A stretch of DNA of 64,000 nucleotides from Lama guanicoe. Lineage: Eukaryota. Under the pieces are notes generated by a model that had not been told where the DNA came from, ran no database searches, and was given only the letters and a program-made list of their open reading frames with translations. Where the stretch lies: positions 5,970,399 through 6,034,398 of the forward strand of contig MU053934.1 in the NCBI GenBank assembly GCA_013239625.1, written 5' to 3'. Positions 39,101 to 52,907 of the stretch are shown here, one piece after another. Position 1 is the first letter of the stretch; the number at the start of each line of letters is the position of its first letter. The position numbers and the translations under genes are program-made.

Positions 39101-42100
39101 GCCACAGCGCCCTTCTCAGTGAAGGTGTTGTCATTCAGGTTGATGACCCGCAGCAGGGGGTTGATGGTGAAAGCCTGGGCCAGGGCAGTGACACCAGGGT
39201 GATTGATCCCATTCTGTGGCATGTGGACCTCCTCCAGAGTCCCGATGATCTGTGAGGGGTAGGAGGGAGAGAGGTGGGCCCTGAGGCCAGGGCCAGGCCC
39301 AGTGCCAGTGACATCCTCAGGCAGGAGGGGAGGGGCTGGTCTGTGAATGTTTTAGGCACAGGTGTCAGAGCACGCTTTTAGGAACAACTGCATCTGATCC
39401 TCTCCACAACCTCATAAGGAAGACCTACCCAGGATTAGTATCACCACCAGGTGGAGAAGACTAGGGATCAGAGACGGTAAGTAACTTGCCCGGTGTTTAC
39501 ACGGCTCTGAACACAGGTTTCTTAGTCTGGTACCGTCTGCGCTATGGGGACCCTGAGCTCTGGCCTGACAGTCAGCCATGGCTCTGCTACACACGATGCA
39601 GCTCCACATGGCCTTTCTTTCTTGGGGCCCTCCCGCCTTTTTACACAGTATGACTGGCATCCCCTGTGCCACGTCCTTTTGTTGGGGTGAGGAAGGTCTA
39701 GCTAGCCCTTTCTCACCCAGGCCTTTTGACACTAACTTCTCTCTGCCTGGAATACTCTGTCTCCTTATTTCGTTGGTATTTTCTTGATAGGATGATTCCC
39801 AATGTATTTGACAGCTCTCATTTTGGATGCCTCCGCCCTCAGGAAGGCTTCCTGGATTCCCCACCAGACACAATCCAGCACTCTTCCTCTCTGCTCTCAG
39901 GGCACCTCATCCTTCTTCTATCATGGTGTCCATCACCCTGCAGTATCAAAGCCACCTTCCTGTCTGCACTCCATCAGCCCCTGAGATCTTGAGATGCCTA
40001 AGACCCAACCTCCACTGCTACCCGGGACTGAGGACGGGCCTGGCGTAACTCTGCACCTGGGCGCCTTTTGTTGTCCTGAATGCCCAGCATAGCACGGAGG
40101 GTTCACAAATACAGGTGGGCCAACTGAGGCACATTTCAAGTCAGGGCGTCTTAGTATTTTCTGTGCTATGGACCCATCAGGCAATCTGGTAAAGCCCCTG
40201 GACTCCCCACTCAGGATGTTTTTAAATTTTAAGCTAAATTATATAGGATAACAAAAGAAGCCAATTATTGGAAGACAATTACTGAAATATTTAGAAAACT
40301 GCCCAAATGTGTGCTGTGGTACCATATGTATTTCTTGAGCCAGTAAGTAACAAGAGCTGGGTTTACCATTAAGTACCCTTAACGTACAAGAAACAAATAT
40401 TTCCATATACCCGTAACGACTATTATTTGACTTGAAAGCATCTGTGATATCTCCTAGTAACAAAGTCATAGGAGTTTCTAAAGCTGCAGAGGTTTGCTGT
40501 CTGCATTCACAACAGAAGGCGTTACTGTACCGTAGCTGTTAGTGATGACAATTGTGCAGTTACCCCCAGCCATGTTCAAAGACTCCCTGAATTCTATCCA
40601 CAGACCGGGGGGCCCCTCAGACCCAAGCCAAGCCCCCCTTCCAAGAGCACGGAGCACGTCTGCTGAAGGCCCAGCACAACCATGACGTACCCCTGCTCCC
40701 AGCACATGGAGGGCAGCAGCCGGGCAAGGGGTGCAGAAGGGGCATGATCTTTAACATTGCCAGGTCTGCAAGGTACCCAGGCTCCTCCAGCCCCACAGGA
40801 GGCGGCAGGAGCCCCCTCACTGCCAGGCATCCAGTAAGACACCAGGCCCTTCTCCCCTGCAACGTCCACTGGCTTGAGGCAGGTGACCTTCGGCAGGTGG
40901 GGCATCTGAAATGGCAGGACCGTGGGGGATGCTGCTCTGGCCTGAGTATGGTTACTGCTGTTAGAATAGTTTGCTGGAGAAAATGTTTAAATTAAGAGAA
41001 GAGGGAGACTCCAAAGTTCCTAGCCCCATGGGGCAAGTGTGGCTCTCTCACCACCAGAGACTCAGCAGTGTCCTGGGGGCGGGACGCAGGGCAGCTGCGA
41101 GGAAAAGGGGCAGCAGAAAGAAGAGTAAGGGACATGGACATGCTTCACTGCGGCCACAGCTCCAACCCTCCTCCCCATCTCAAGGGCAAGTCTGCCGGCT
41201 CCACTTCCACACCCCACCTGCTGGAGCCAGAGATGGCCACCCTGAGCCAGACCAACACGGGCCAGGCTGTGGTCAGCACTCACACGGCTCGGGCACCACC
41301 ACTCCAGCTTCTGAGCCTGCAGATGACACTCACACAGTGCTGCCAATTCACCCGGGGCGCTACATCATGCAACCTTTCAGACATGCATGACAGGAGTTCT
41401 GGCCTGCTCTAGGGTAAGCCAGCAGCTCAGAGAAGGCAGGCTATCGGCCCCAGGTCTCTCAGCTAAGTTCTAGAGCTAGGACACACACCCAGGGCCTCCG
41501 CCTGCTGCTGACCTTAGCCCACCTCAGGGCATGATGGGGCAGGTGGGCAGAAACCACTCACCCCAAAAGCTTCTGCTAAGGCTGTAGCTCCATCATTTTC
41601 CAGACGGTTTCTGCCAGCCACGAAGACCTTCAGGGCCAGCGGCTTGCCCTGGACACTGGATTTCCGATGACACTCAGTCAGAGCTGCTGCCAGGATCTGG
41701 GGGGAGAGGCAAGGGGCTCAGGCCATATGCAGGAGGCCCTGGTCGTCAACACGCTGTGCCACCTGCTGGTGGTGGACAAGGAGACAAAGGGCTGCACAAA
41801 AGCACAGCGGTCACACCTCATACAGCATTGCGCAGATACAAGAGCTCTGACATCCACCACTCCATTTGTGGGTCCCCTCCCCCTGCGGTGTTGAGCCCTA
41901 TGCTAAGAGACGGGGAGCCCAAACCCAGGAGCAAGAGACACCAACACTGAGCAGCCACTTCAAGACTGGTCCTGGGGAAGGGGCTTCACAGTCAGCTCAC
42001 TTTGCTGTCAGAAGCCCTCTGTCGGGTGGGGATCATGACGATTCCCACTTTCCAGCTGAAGAAACTCAGACTCAGAGAGTGACAGAAACTTTCCCACAGA

Positions 42101-45100
42101 AGCTAAGCAAGTGTTAGACTCTGGACAGAACACAAATCTTCTGGCACCTCCTCCACACCCCCCACACCCGAGGGTGGCTGGCGGCGACCACAGGCCCGCC
42201 GCACCCATCCAGCACACGCCTGTGCTCAGACAAGCCACACTGCGGGGTCTCAGCTACTGGGGGACAAACCTAAAACTTGGTTTGCCCTGACACTGAGGTG
42301 GTGCCAGGAGGTAGCCTCTATCCCAGGGACACCGACAGAGCAAGAGTTCAAAAATATCAGTCAGTTGGCGGGCTGGAATTTGAGAGACCAAGGTAAATGA
42401 GACGTAAAAGGTTCCCAGGAAGTGCAGCAGGAGAGAAGGAAGATTACAGAGCGCTACCAGGTCCTAAGCACACTCAGCAAAGGTACTTTCTTCCCTTCCC
42501 GTTTGCCTGGGAGGCAGGTGGCACTGGTCTTCTCTACGAACATGGAAGCTGAGGCTCAGAGAGGTACGCCAATCGGCCAAGGTCCCAGAGCAAAGACACG
42601 GCAGAGCTACCAGGTCAGCTGACTGCACACAGCTCTGTCCTTGGGGAACATGGGGACACCACCAGCCTGGCTCCGATACGGCAGAGACCACGGACTTCTG
42701 CTGTAGGCCAGCCTCTGAGGAACCTTTGCAGAGGCGGCTCTCCCAGCACAGCCCACTCTAGGTTGGGCTGATGCAAACATTCTTAGATCCTAACACATCC
42801 AGCTTCTTGCCCCACGAGACTGGAGGAAGGCTGGCTGAGACAGGCACAGGGGCGCACCCCTGCTCTCCCTCCCATGGACGGCTGATGGGACATCTTCAGG
42901 GGAGGCCACTCTGGCTCTTCAGCCTGGTCACTGCGAGCATCACACAGGCTCCTCCTGCTGCTCTGACAGAGCCACATGCATGCAGGTTCAAGTCCCACAT
43001 CAGTCCCACACTGGCTACATCATATGGGGCATTCCACCCAAGATCACTAAGATCAAGTATAGTTGTCTGAAAAAAATGGGGGCAGGCATCACCCACCTTT
43101 CAGTATGGGTGAGAGAACTGAGGTAAAGCCTGTAACATATCTTCAAAGAGAAGACATCCCCCTTCGCCGTCAGTTCCTATGTCCCAGCCCTTTGCTCCTT
43201 TTGGTCAGAACATGAGGAAGGAGGATGGGAATGCAGACTGGTGCTCAGCCTTTCTAGAATCTGGGCCTAAAGCAGCCAGAATGGACCAAGAAGAGGATAA
43301 ACAGGGCTGGCCTCCCTCAGCGCCTTTCTGGTCTGACCAGCCTGACTTGCTGGCAGGACGGGGAGGCGCCCTGGGGGAGGCCCTGACCAGGAGCAAAGGT
43401 GAGCTGTGCCCGGCCTCCCAGAGTGGCTTCTCTTTCTGGGCTCCCTCCCCCACGTGCACGCGCCAGGCCTCACGTGGCTCTGCCAGCTGTTCTGAGAGCA
43501 CAGCAGGTCTAGTGCTGCCCAAGCCCTGTGTTTTGCAGAGCCAGCAGGTCAGAGCACGGATGCAACACTGCCTCTGTGTTGCCAGGGCAACACAAGAACT
43601 GAGGATGGTTGCTTGGCAACCGCACCCTCACATACTCTATCTCCTCTCCCTACTGGCCACAGGCTGCAGCCTGAGGCCTTCCTCCTTTGAAGAGAAAAAC
43701 AACAGGCCAACCATCCCAGACAGTGGGTGGCCAAGGGCACATACTTTAGACAGATGCAAATGCAGGGAAGGAGGTGGAGGGACCATGGGGACACGGGGGA
43801 GGGGCCGCTGCACCCACCTTGCCGCCGCCGATGCCCATGCCACAGTTGTTGAGCTTGAGCTCGTGCAGGGTGAAGCAGGCAGAGCTCTTGAGCAGGGCCT
43901 CGAAGCCTCGCACGCCGTCAGGCCCAAACGCGTTGTCACTTAGGTCCAACTCCACCAGCTGGGCCCCGGCTGTGATGAGTCCCTCTCCTAGTGAGATCTG
44001 GGCACAGAGGGGCTCCCATCAGTTTCACAGACACAGGCCAGGCGCTGCTTCTGTGCCAGGCCCTTCCTGCCCTCAGGGGACCCCCAGGCTGGTGGGCAAC
44101 CGGCAGACACAGACCATTTCAGCAGAGCTGACCACATTACATCGGACTGGAATCCCTGCAGAGGGCTCTTAGGTCAGATGGGGCATGGGGCTTAGTGTAT
44201 GCGGAGCTGTCGGGGAAAGCTTCCTGCAGGTAGGGAACTTGACCCAAGCCGACCTGAGCCCCAGGAATGGGGAAACGGAAAAGAGAGGCAGAAAGAAGGC
44301 ACCAATGATGGGAACCAAAGCAGAAACAGTGGTATCGGAGAAACGGAGGGCCACGGCGGGCCATATGCAGAACCAGGTCAGGAGGGAGCAGAATCTCAGG
44401 GTGTGGGGAGGGAGGTGCCAGGACAAGAGGGGAAATCACGCAGGAAGCAAGAGCCACGATGCTTGTGGGCGAAACCACTGAGCTCAAGAGTGGACCCTGG
44501 GAAGTCTTGGCTGTACTTCCTATCACTGGGCCTCCCAGCCTCACAGGGACCCCGAGTCCTCACTTTCTGGCTCCTCCTGCCTGCTCGTCAGGACAGAGAT
44601 GCTGTGCTTGCCTGGCTTCCACTTCAGCATCTCAGGCCCCCACAGGGCAATCTCAGCCTCCAGAAAGAAGAGGCTGTGAGAAAAGTCTCAGGAACTACTT
44701 AAGGGGTCCCTGCAGCCCAGGGACAGAGCAGAGGCCTCATTCACTCACCAGGGCGGGCGGGATCTCGGACCGCAGCCTCCCTGTGAACATGTCGCTCCAG
44801 TGGCATCGCTTTGGAAGGAGGAAGAAAAGAGTTAGCTGAAACCCTTGGAGGCGGCCTTCGGGCAGCCCCTCTTCTCATGTACCTGGACTACTGAGCACTG
44901 AAGACTGCTTCATTTGGGCTCTGTCAGCTCTGATTGACGCCGACAGGACCTGGACGCTCCCAAGGACCATGGGGATCAGAAGTGTCCCACCCTCTGGTTC
45001 TCAAGAAGGGACATCAGGTTGAGCAGGAGGGGACTGGCCCCGGGTCCCACAGCAAGGCAGTGGCAGGACCAGGACCCAGACGCCTGGCCGGTGCTCCTCC

Positions 45101-48100
45101 CCAGCACTCGCTTCCCACTGTGTGGGCCTCAGTGACACGTGAAGGGATTTTGGGTGTGACCATCTCTAGAAGGCAGCCTCAGCTTGGGGTTGGTGGGTCT
45201 CAGCTGCCTCCCCACTTCTTGCTTATCTGCCTTTTTAACAAAGGGAGCGCAGGCTTTGGGCTCAGAGCCTTTAATGGCAATCGCACCCAACTGGAATTTA
45301 AAAACACTCTTTTATTCCCTTTACAGGAAGGGACACCATTTCCCAGTTATACAAAGGATCATGTTTGCTTTTAAGTTACTTCAGTGAGCGGACTTAAAAG
45401 AAATAGGTAAATGTCACAAAGGTAGTGGCCACAGGACTGGGTCATGTGTCACTCTGGCCAGCAGAGTTTGGCCTCCAAGCACACAGCCCTGTCCTCTGAC
45501 CCTGGTCGCTGTGTCCACCCACATATCAACTCTGGCAGCTCTGGCCCTTCCCGGACCAAACCTGGGGATGATGGGACACAGGAAAAGCACTTTCCCTGAA
45601 ACCCAGTCCTTAAAATGCATGAACTAAATTCAACCTTAAGTACTAGGGAAGTTGGTTTTTGCAGAAGAATCCTCGTATCCTCCAAAAAAGCGAATCACTA
45701 ACACACCTGGAGACGTGCTAACACACAGGTTTCCTGAGTGAGTTGTGCCTGCACACAGGTGCTCGGGGCCAGAACAGGCAGCCACAGCCCGAGCACCAGA
45801 GCCCCTCCCAACAGTGGCATCTCATCTCGAAGCTTCCCAAACCCAACTGTGATGGGCTGAAGGTCAGTATGGGGCTCTGGGACACAAGGCTAGGTTCTAG
45901 CTCTGACTTAGCTGACCTCAGGCTGGCCACTCCCTGTCAATGACCTCTGGTATTTTATCTTTGAAACAGGCTTTAAGCCTCAATGATCTCCAAGTCGGCA
46001 GCAGAGCAGTCAAGAGGTTGGGCTGATACCCGGGCCCAGCCCACTCCAGAGATGCGACCCTGGGCCACACTCTCCTCATCTGTCAAGACCTTACTTGTGC
46101 AGGTGTCACAACAGTGGAGGTGACACCTTATCCCACATCAGTATGTGCCCAGACCAATACTGGTGTCAAGGGCAGCTCTGTCCCTGCCGCTGCCATGGCT
46201 CAGGCCCCTTCCTGCACAGAAGCAGGCTTCAGACAGCGAGATGGGGCTATTTAAGGCACAGGTCTGCACAGGGGACAAGACGCATGTGGTCCTCCCACTG
46301 GTCAAGCTCTCTCACTACACCAGCCTGCACATGGCTGCTATGTCAACCTCTCTGGTAGGAAAAATTCCCTTCATAAAGTCCAGGCTTGGAGCTGAGTCTA
46401 GCACAAGGCCATGTGATGCAACAACTAAGGTGGTGACGCTGGGGTTAGAACCCTGGCCCTTGGACTGCGAAGCTCAACGGCTACAGCCTCCAGGCCCAGG
46501 CCATCTCTCCTCCGTTCCTGTCCTTCACAGGTCCCCGGGGAGAGCTGGGTTCTTTCCTAGGAAAGTATCTGGTGCTCAGGAAGGGACAGGCCCTGGGCAG
46601 GAGAGCAGGAACAATCACTGCCTCGGCCATCTGTCCACCTGACCTCGATCTTCCCGACCAAACGAACACCAAGGGCCACTGTCACCTAGCTCTGGGCCCT
46701 CCCTGGGTGAAGCCACCCCATATCCTCTCACGGCCCCAGCCCCGTTCGCCTTCCCTCTCAGAAAGCACGGTGGGCCACAGAAAGAGCACTGGACTTGGGA
46801 GTGTGAAATATGGCCCGGCCACTGACAGCCCCCCTGAGCTTCGGTTCCCTTGACTAACAAAAGGGAGACACAGCTTTATTATTTGAGTCACTGTGAGGTT
46901 AAATGTCACATGCAGGAGAGCCTGCACAAGCCCTGCTGTGTCCACACTGAGAGCCATTTCCAGTCTGGAAAGCAGGCCTCTCCCCATCGTGGCTCTTCAG
47001 AGGCGTTAACACACACTGGGGGTCCCTCAAAGGGGAGCAGAAACAACATCCTCCTGACACTGTGACCACGTGACACCCCACTTTTCTCACACAGCATCTT
47101 GAAGAACTGGTGTTCAGAGGAACCCACCTTGGGACACACCAGAAGAGAGGAATCTTTGCGTCAGCCAAAGAGGGGCACCGCTTGGGTCTAACTTTCAAGA
47201 AAGAGCTGCCATTCAGCTGTGAGAAGGGCAGCTAACTGGCTGCCCCCAGCGAGCAGCTTTCCAACCGGCCACAGCATCTGAGCTGAGGTCTGGCTGCTTC
47301 TGCCCAACAATAGCCTCTTCTACAGGGTGAGCTCTGCCCTGGAGCTCCCGTGCAGCGGGCTGGGCGTGTCAGGACAGCCTCACAGTCTGAGACTCTGGCC
47401 ACTGATTCTGCCCCTCTGAGTCCTCATAGGTCCCAGATCCACATCCCTGTCCAGTTCTGCCTTGTCCTCTTCCTCTCACATGTGCTCCCCAATCAAACTT
47501 ACACCCCTAATACATCTCAGGGTCTGATGCTGGAGGACCAGAAGGGACACATCACACAGGGAGAGGGGCCCCTGGCCAGAGCTGTGTTCTGGGGAGGCCA
47601 GAGCGAGAGGAGCTGCTCACAGGGACCACCCACAGGGGTCCGGGAGGGCCTGGACACAGGTGTCGGTTGTGGGGTGAGAGCGGAAGCTTGTCTGCTCGGG
47701 GACCAGTCTGCACCTGCTCGGCCTGCAGATCTCACCTTCAATTCTGACTTCTTTTCCAAGGCTTTGGCGATGACCCTGGCTGCTTCCACACCCACCGTGT
47801 TGCCCTCCAGACGCAGAGCCTCTAAGCCATCAAATTCTTCAATCTCTTTAATCACGTCTTTGGCTGCCCAGGACCAAAAAACAGAACCTTAAGACTTTTG
47901 GAGTCATGAACAGCTGAAGCAGGAGCTGAGGCCCAGCGACCACCCTGTCACTCAACATCAGCGGCCACAGCGCACCCACCGTGTGCGGGCCCTGGCTCGC
48001 CAAGGCGCTGCGGGTAGGCTCGCAGTCCGGCCGGGGACCCGGCTACACAGACAAGCCCTTGGTAACGAGTGTTAAAACAAGGCGTGTATGAGAGGCTTGA

Positions 48101-51100
48101 GAGCTAAGGGAAAAGAGGACCTGGCGGCTCTGGGTGAAGAAGGTGCTCACAGCACCTTGTGGGCAGTGTGCGTGGAGCCTCCCAAGGAGAGCACACCAAG
48201 CCAGGCAGGGAAAGGGCACCCAAGTCTGAGGCCAGTAGGCACGAGGGCACGGCGGCACGACGGCACGAATGCTTTCAGGGCTAAATGATGCATGTGTGAA
48301 GAGTTCACTTCTGTACTGTCTTATTATGAGAAAAAATTCCAGACAACCTAAATGTCCATCAACAGAGGATAGATTAATACAAACAGTTACGCTAATGTCA
48401 CTATGAATGGCAACACAGTATTTACTTGAAACATAATTATGTTACAGTGTTAAGTGAAAAATGAGGTTATCCAATGGTGTTTGGTCTGATCCCACTTTTA
48501 AAATGTCGTATGCATTCTCAAACAAACACACCAAGGTCCAGAAACCAAATGCTAGAGCAGTTAACTCTAGGCAGTGGGATTCTGGGTGAATATGTGTTTT
48601 TCCATCATCTGCTGAATGTATTCTCAGTGCCTCAGATTAGAAGTCAGCTCTTAAAGTACCTGTAATTATGATTCCAATTACTTTAAGAAAAAGAAAAGGA
48701 AATCAGCTATGTTTAGGTAAAAAAAAAAAAAACCACCAAAACTAATGGTAGTTACATCCCTAGGCTGAGTTATAATGAAGACACTTTTTCCCCTTCTTTC
48801 AATGCTTCTGTATTCTATAATGAGCATATATTAATTTTGCAATATGAAAAAAGCACACAGGTTACATGAAAGACAAATCTCGTCTGGCTGGCACAGGACG
48901 GAGGGGTGACAGGGAAGAGAAGGAAATGAGGATGAGACCCAAAAGGTGAGCGTGACCTTTTCTAGGTTACACGACCACAGAAGGGTTGTCAGAAAGGCTG
49001 TGACCTGCAACCTGTATGGGGCTCCCTGAGAAGCTGTCGGCGCTGGGGCCATGCACACCCCTCCTCCCACTCCCCTCGGCCACAGCGCACTTCCTCAGGA
49101 ACCCTCCCAACCAGGTCAACCTCCACTGCCCAGCTTCCACAGCCTTGATCCCCCACATGTAGCTGCTACAGCTGTACACTCACCTGAATGGTTACTGGAC
49201 CACTATATAGAGACTTCAGTACCACCTCCCTTACTAGGTCCTGAGTTCCATGAAGAAAGGGATGCTCTTTGCCTCTGCTTACTACCACGTCCCCCAGAGA
49301 TGACACTCAACATTCTCCACCAAGTCCACCGAGGTAGTCACTGTCAGGTCTAGTTTACAACTAAGCGAGCTGAGACATGGGGAGGGTAAGAGAATGCCTA
49401 CTAAGGTCACACAGTCGCCAGCATCTACTTCACGACAAGGAAGGCTGGACAGGTATGTGCCCATTTTCTAGAAAGGGAAGCTGAGGTTTCAAGGAATGAA
49501 GCCACTCAGCCTGGGAGTTCAGGAAACATGGCAGAGCTGAGCTGCAGACTGGTTTTCCAAAGTGGAACCTATGTGCTGCTCCCCAAAGCCTGGCTTCTGT
49601 ACACAACCTTGGACTCCATGCAGTGCCCCCGCAGAGAAGCCCCTTGACCCCTCTCCCCACTCCGGAACTGCAACTCCACAGTCCCGGGTGTCCAGGTCTC
49701 CTCTGCAGCTGGCACTCAGGACAAGGGCTGGGGTGGCCTCTCGGCCCTCTGGAAGACTTGCTTCAAAAGGGAGCCCCGCCAACATCCAGGAATGGCCGGG
49801 TCACCAGGAGAAAGGAGGACTGAACAAGGGAATGTTTAAACAGTCTTTAGAAGCAAGGCGACAGAGATGCCAGGGCCCCAAGGGAAGGCTTAACTTATGG
49901 TGTGTGAGTGACACAAGTGCCGAGACCCAAAGATACTGTGCTCGCCTCAAGTTCAGCCTGGAGAGTCACAAGGGCATAGTGAGCTCGGAAGGAAAAGCAC
50001 TAAAACGGGAAGAGCAGGGACAGGAGGGGGCGGGGTCACAGTTGGGCTGCTCCTCTCACTTGATGGTCCATGCAGGCGGAGTCACACATAACTTAAAAAC
50101 AGGTGAGGGATGAGCCCCAAGCATCCCTGAATAACCAAGCATCATGAGGCTGGGTGGGTTTTCTCTCTTCAGCCTCTATGGCCTCACACAGTAACCAGTC
50201 CCAAGTGTTTATTACTCTGCCTTGTAAGGCAGCAAGGCCTTTCTTTGGTGCTTAAATGGCTCACTGGGAGAGAAAAGGGCCTTGTTCTCATCATCAGCTT
50301 CATGGCCTCCCCACCCAGGCCCCTGCTCACTCCCAGGCAAGGTACAGGCCTTTTCTGGGCCCACAATTAGGCCATCAGGCCCCTCAGGACAGCATTCAAG
50401 GGTCTCGGCCCCAGGCTCCCAATGAGATCAAGCCCACTCTATGTGTCTCAGCTCCTGGGCCTAACTCATTGGTCCTCCCTGCCTACAGTGTCCTTTTTCC
50501 TTCAAGGACAGTTCAAATACTACCTCATCCTTGGAGACGTCTTGGGCCCTCCTAAGCTAAAAGTGATCCCTCTCCCCGACCTTACTTCCCAGGGTGCCTG
50601 TCTCAAAGCCTGTTTCACCTTCTCCCTCCTTGTTCCTGTTCCAGGTTAGGAGCTCCTCACTGGGGCTGGAAGGGAGGCAGCATGTCCAGTCTGTGCTAGT
50701 GAAGTGATTAAATGCATGGATTTTAAGACTAGACAAACCTGAATTTTAATCCCAGCTCCACTACTTATAGCTGTGCCCTTAGGAAAGTCATATTACCTCC
50801 CTGTGCCTCAATTTTTTCAATCTGCAAAAATGGGGACGAAAGCTACCTCAAGGGCTTTTGTGAGGATAAGCTGAGATATTCTTTGTATGGCACTTACATA
50901 CAAGACTGCCTGACACAGTGTTACGAGCAACATTTAATAGATAATTCACATTAACTGAGCTGAGCTGAACGTCTACTGAGAAGCACTGGAACAGGGATTC
51001 AGCCGGACCTCTGCTATTTACCAGCTGTATGACCTTGGGTAAGTTACTAAAGCCTCCCAAGTCCTTTTGCCTTATTTATAAAATGGCAACACTTCTACCT

Positions 51101-52068
51101 CCCTCCCTTAGGGATGACGCAAGGATCAAAAGTGACAGAGCGCAAGGAGGAACTCTCAATTTCAAGGCCGTATAGAGAAGTCAGGAACATGCATCACCAC
51201 ACTCCCAGCAACCCAAGGACTCTAGCCATCTCTGACCCAGTGGAGGGGAGCACAAGCCTGCCTGCACACCATGACAACCAGGCAAGTCCAGACCAGTTTC
51301 CCTGGTTAGGCAAGAACTTCAAGAAGCCTTACAAGTACTGTCAGAGGTAACTTTCCTTCCAGATGCCAGGAGATTCGGGGTTGATCAGTGCCGACCATAG
51401 CTTGGCCAGAGATGGAAAGACACAGTCTGCATTCTGGTTCCTAGTTTTCTCCAGTACTGATGCCTGTTCACATACAGGAACACCCACCCCTCTTCTAGGG
51501 GCATTGATTTGTATAGACTAGACTTCCCAAGAGGGCCTGGGCTATTGTTTTAATGCAGCTCCCTGGGGGCCTCAGCTCTGGCGAAGGCAACAATTCCCAG
51601 ACCAGCTCTGGATCATGGGGGTGAAGGTGAGGGTGGATCTGAAGTCAGAAGTCAGGGCTCTAACTTTGGACTGCCTCTAACTGTGGTCCCTCATTGCCTA
51701 CCATCCCCTCCTAGAGATAAACGGGCCCTTCCCACCTGCCAGGCTGAGCTGTCACCAGCAGGGATGCCCACCAGGTGTTGGTGGGCAATTCATTCACCTT
51801 TGAGCCTCACTGTGAAATGGGCCCAATGATCATTCATGGAATCACTAGGACAAATAATTTGACAATGAAGATAAAAGGGCCTGACAACAGGAAGAGCAAG
51901 CGCCTACTTGCTTACTCCCCCCCTTCCTCCCTGGGCCAGCCCACACAGGAACTCACCATCTTCCGCAGTGTTGAGTTTGAGGCTCTTGCCCTTGAAACTC
52001 AGCTGTCCCCCAGCCACCTGGGTTTTGGCCAGCGTCTCTGCCAGCTTGGCAATGTCTTCTGAGGCCAT
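30113..52068 (-). CDS. RANGAP1: Ran GTPase-activating protein 1, complete CDS, 588 aa
   Basis: complement(join(51957-52068,47736-47863,44749-44808,43818-43997,41562-41696,39091-39249,38020-38133,37484-37583,37314-37398,35950-36139,34519-34638,32847-32949,31617-31705,31263-31384,30113-30182)) = 1767 nt, [17 protein letters not shown]...RI-type LRRs...acidic tract...LLKSE SUMO site...LLQTLYKV*. Confidence 0.98.
31263..31384 (-). CDS. RANGAP1: RANGAP1 exon 15
   Basis: [42 protein letters not shown]|gtgagt. Confidence 0.95.
31617..31705 (-). CDS. RANGAP1: RANGAP1 exon 14 (ends in the SUMO-acceptor Lys of LKSE)
   Basis: [29 protein letters not shown]|gtgcg. Confidence 0.95.
32847..32949 (-). CDS. 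RANGAP1: RANGAP1 exon 13
   Basis: [35 protein letters not shown]|gtaac. Confidence 0.95.
33514..33927 (+). mobile_element. Internally deleted Tigger1-type DNA transposon (TcMar-Tigger)
   Basis: Terminal inverted repeats CAGACACACCTCG / CAAGGTGTGCCTG; TA on the left flank; CAGACCACTGCAATAAAGC signature. Confidence 0.8.
34519..34638 (-). CDS. RANGAP1: RANGAP1 exon 12
   Basis: [40 protein letters not shown]|gtaac. Confidence 0.95.
34726..34827. repeat. Tandem duplication, 2 x 51 bp
   Basis: GCTCAGAGCCCACAA...GGGGCCC...GAT units starting at 34726 and 34777. Confidence 0.85.
35376..35515 (-). mobile_element. Tigger2/MER8-like MITE remnant with a SINE inserted at its end
   Basis: Ends ...TGTTGTTCAAGAGTCGGCTG, resembling the reverse complement of CAGTTGACCCTTGAACAACA. 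Confidence 0.55.
35521..35700 (+). mobile_element. tRNA-derived SINE (Vic-1-like)
   Basis: GGGGAGGGTACAGCTCACTGGTAGAG...GGTTCAATCTCC; 14/16 TSD at 35503-35518 and 35701-35716. Confidence 0.85.
35950..36139 (-). CDS. RANGAP1: RANGAP1 exon 11 (poly-Glu/Asp acidic tract)
   Basis: [20 protein letters not shown]...[23 protein letters not shown]|gtgagt. Confidence 0.95.
36916..37038 (+). mobile_element. tRNA-derived SINE (Vic-1-like)
   Basis: GGGGAGGGGACAGCTCAGCGGTAGAG...GGTTCAATCCCCAGTACCTCC plus A-rich tail. Confidence 0.85.
37314..37398 (-). CDS. RANGAP1: RANGAP1 exon 10
   Basis: [29 protein letters not shown]|gtagg; preceded by an 85-nt intron. Confidence 0.95.
37484..37583 (-). CDS. RANGAP1: RANGAP1 exon 9
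   Basis: [34 protein letters not shown]|gtaat. Confidence 0.95.
38020..38133 (-). CDS. RANGAP1: RANGAP1 exon 8
   Basis: [38 protein letters not shown]|gtgcc. Confidence 0.95.
39091..39249 (-). CDS. RANGAP1: RANGAP1 exon 7
   Basis: [27 protein letters not shown]...[15 protein letters not shown]|gtgag. Confidence 0.95.
41562..41696 (-). CDS. RANGAP1: RANGAP1 exon 6
   Basis: [45 protein letters not shown]|gtgagt. Confidence 0.95.
43818..43997 (-). CDS. RANGAP1: RANGAP1 exon 5
   Basis: [28 protein letters not shown]...[11 protein letters not shown]|gtggg. Confidence 0.95.
44749..44808 (-). CDS. RANGAP1: RANGAP1 exon 4
   Basis: aaag|[20 protein letters not shown]|gtgagt. Confidence 0.95.
47736..47863 (-). 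CDS. RANGAP1: RANGAP1 exon 3
   Basis: [42 protein letters not shown]|gtgag. Confidence 0.95.
51957..52068 (-). CDS. RANGAP1: RANGAP1 exon 2 coding part (exon probably starts at 52106)
   Basis: aac[42 protein letters not shown]|gtgagt. Confidence 0.96.
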
Positions 52069-52907
52069 GTTGGCCACGTTGGTGGGCTCCCCTGGAAATC
52101 TGCAAACTGAGGAGGTCAAGGTTCCATTAAGAGAGAGTAGTCTCCTGGGGCCCCCAGGTTGGAGAGGGCAGGATAGGACTTCAGCCATTTCAGCTGCCTG
52201 ACCCCCACCTCCCCCTGCTAAGGAAATTCCAAGAGCTAAACCACTGGGAGAAAGGAAAAGAGCATGAGGGAAGGAACAGTTCTAAAAATGTGGAAGAGGT
52301 AGAAAGAACACAGAAAAATCACATTTCAGTTTCTGAAGAGTTACCATCTCACTACTACAAGTCCTCCTCTGCCCAACTGCCCCAGCTGGGACACCAAGCA
52401 AAGCCATGTGAGTCAACCACTTCCTGGGTCCCCAGTGAATGGCAGTCAAGTCCCAGCCCAATGGCTGTGAAGAATTTTCCCAAAGCACACACCTGCCTGA
52501 TCATCTTGGCTGCTCTCTGTTTGAGGATCCCATTCCTCAAACAGGACAGAGATGGCTACGGGATCCAGGTCATCCATCCCAAGGAATGCCCCACCACCCA
52601 CGCTGGCATGACTCTGGGGGTAGGGCACAGGGATCAGCCCAATGCACGCCTGGTTTCAATCTTGGCCAGGAGACTGGGCAGCCCATGGTGGCCAGACCTC
52701 AGGGGTTCCTAGGAGACCAGAGACCTCTACATCACAACAGCTACCATCACAATAGATCAGGGACAGAGTTGCTGAAAAAAAGAGCTTCCAGCCTGGAGTT
52801 GAGCAGACTGGCAGAAAGGATCACTACATCTCCCCAAAGAAGAATGACAGGTAATCAGGGAAGACCAAAGATATTCAGTGCTTTAAGACAGTGATTAAGA
52901 AGAAAAA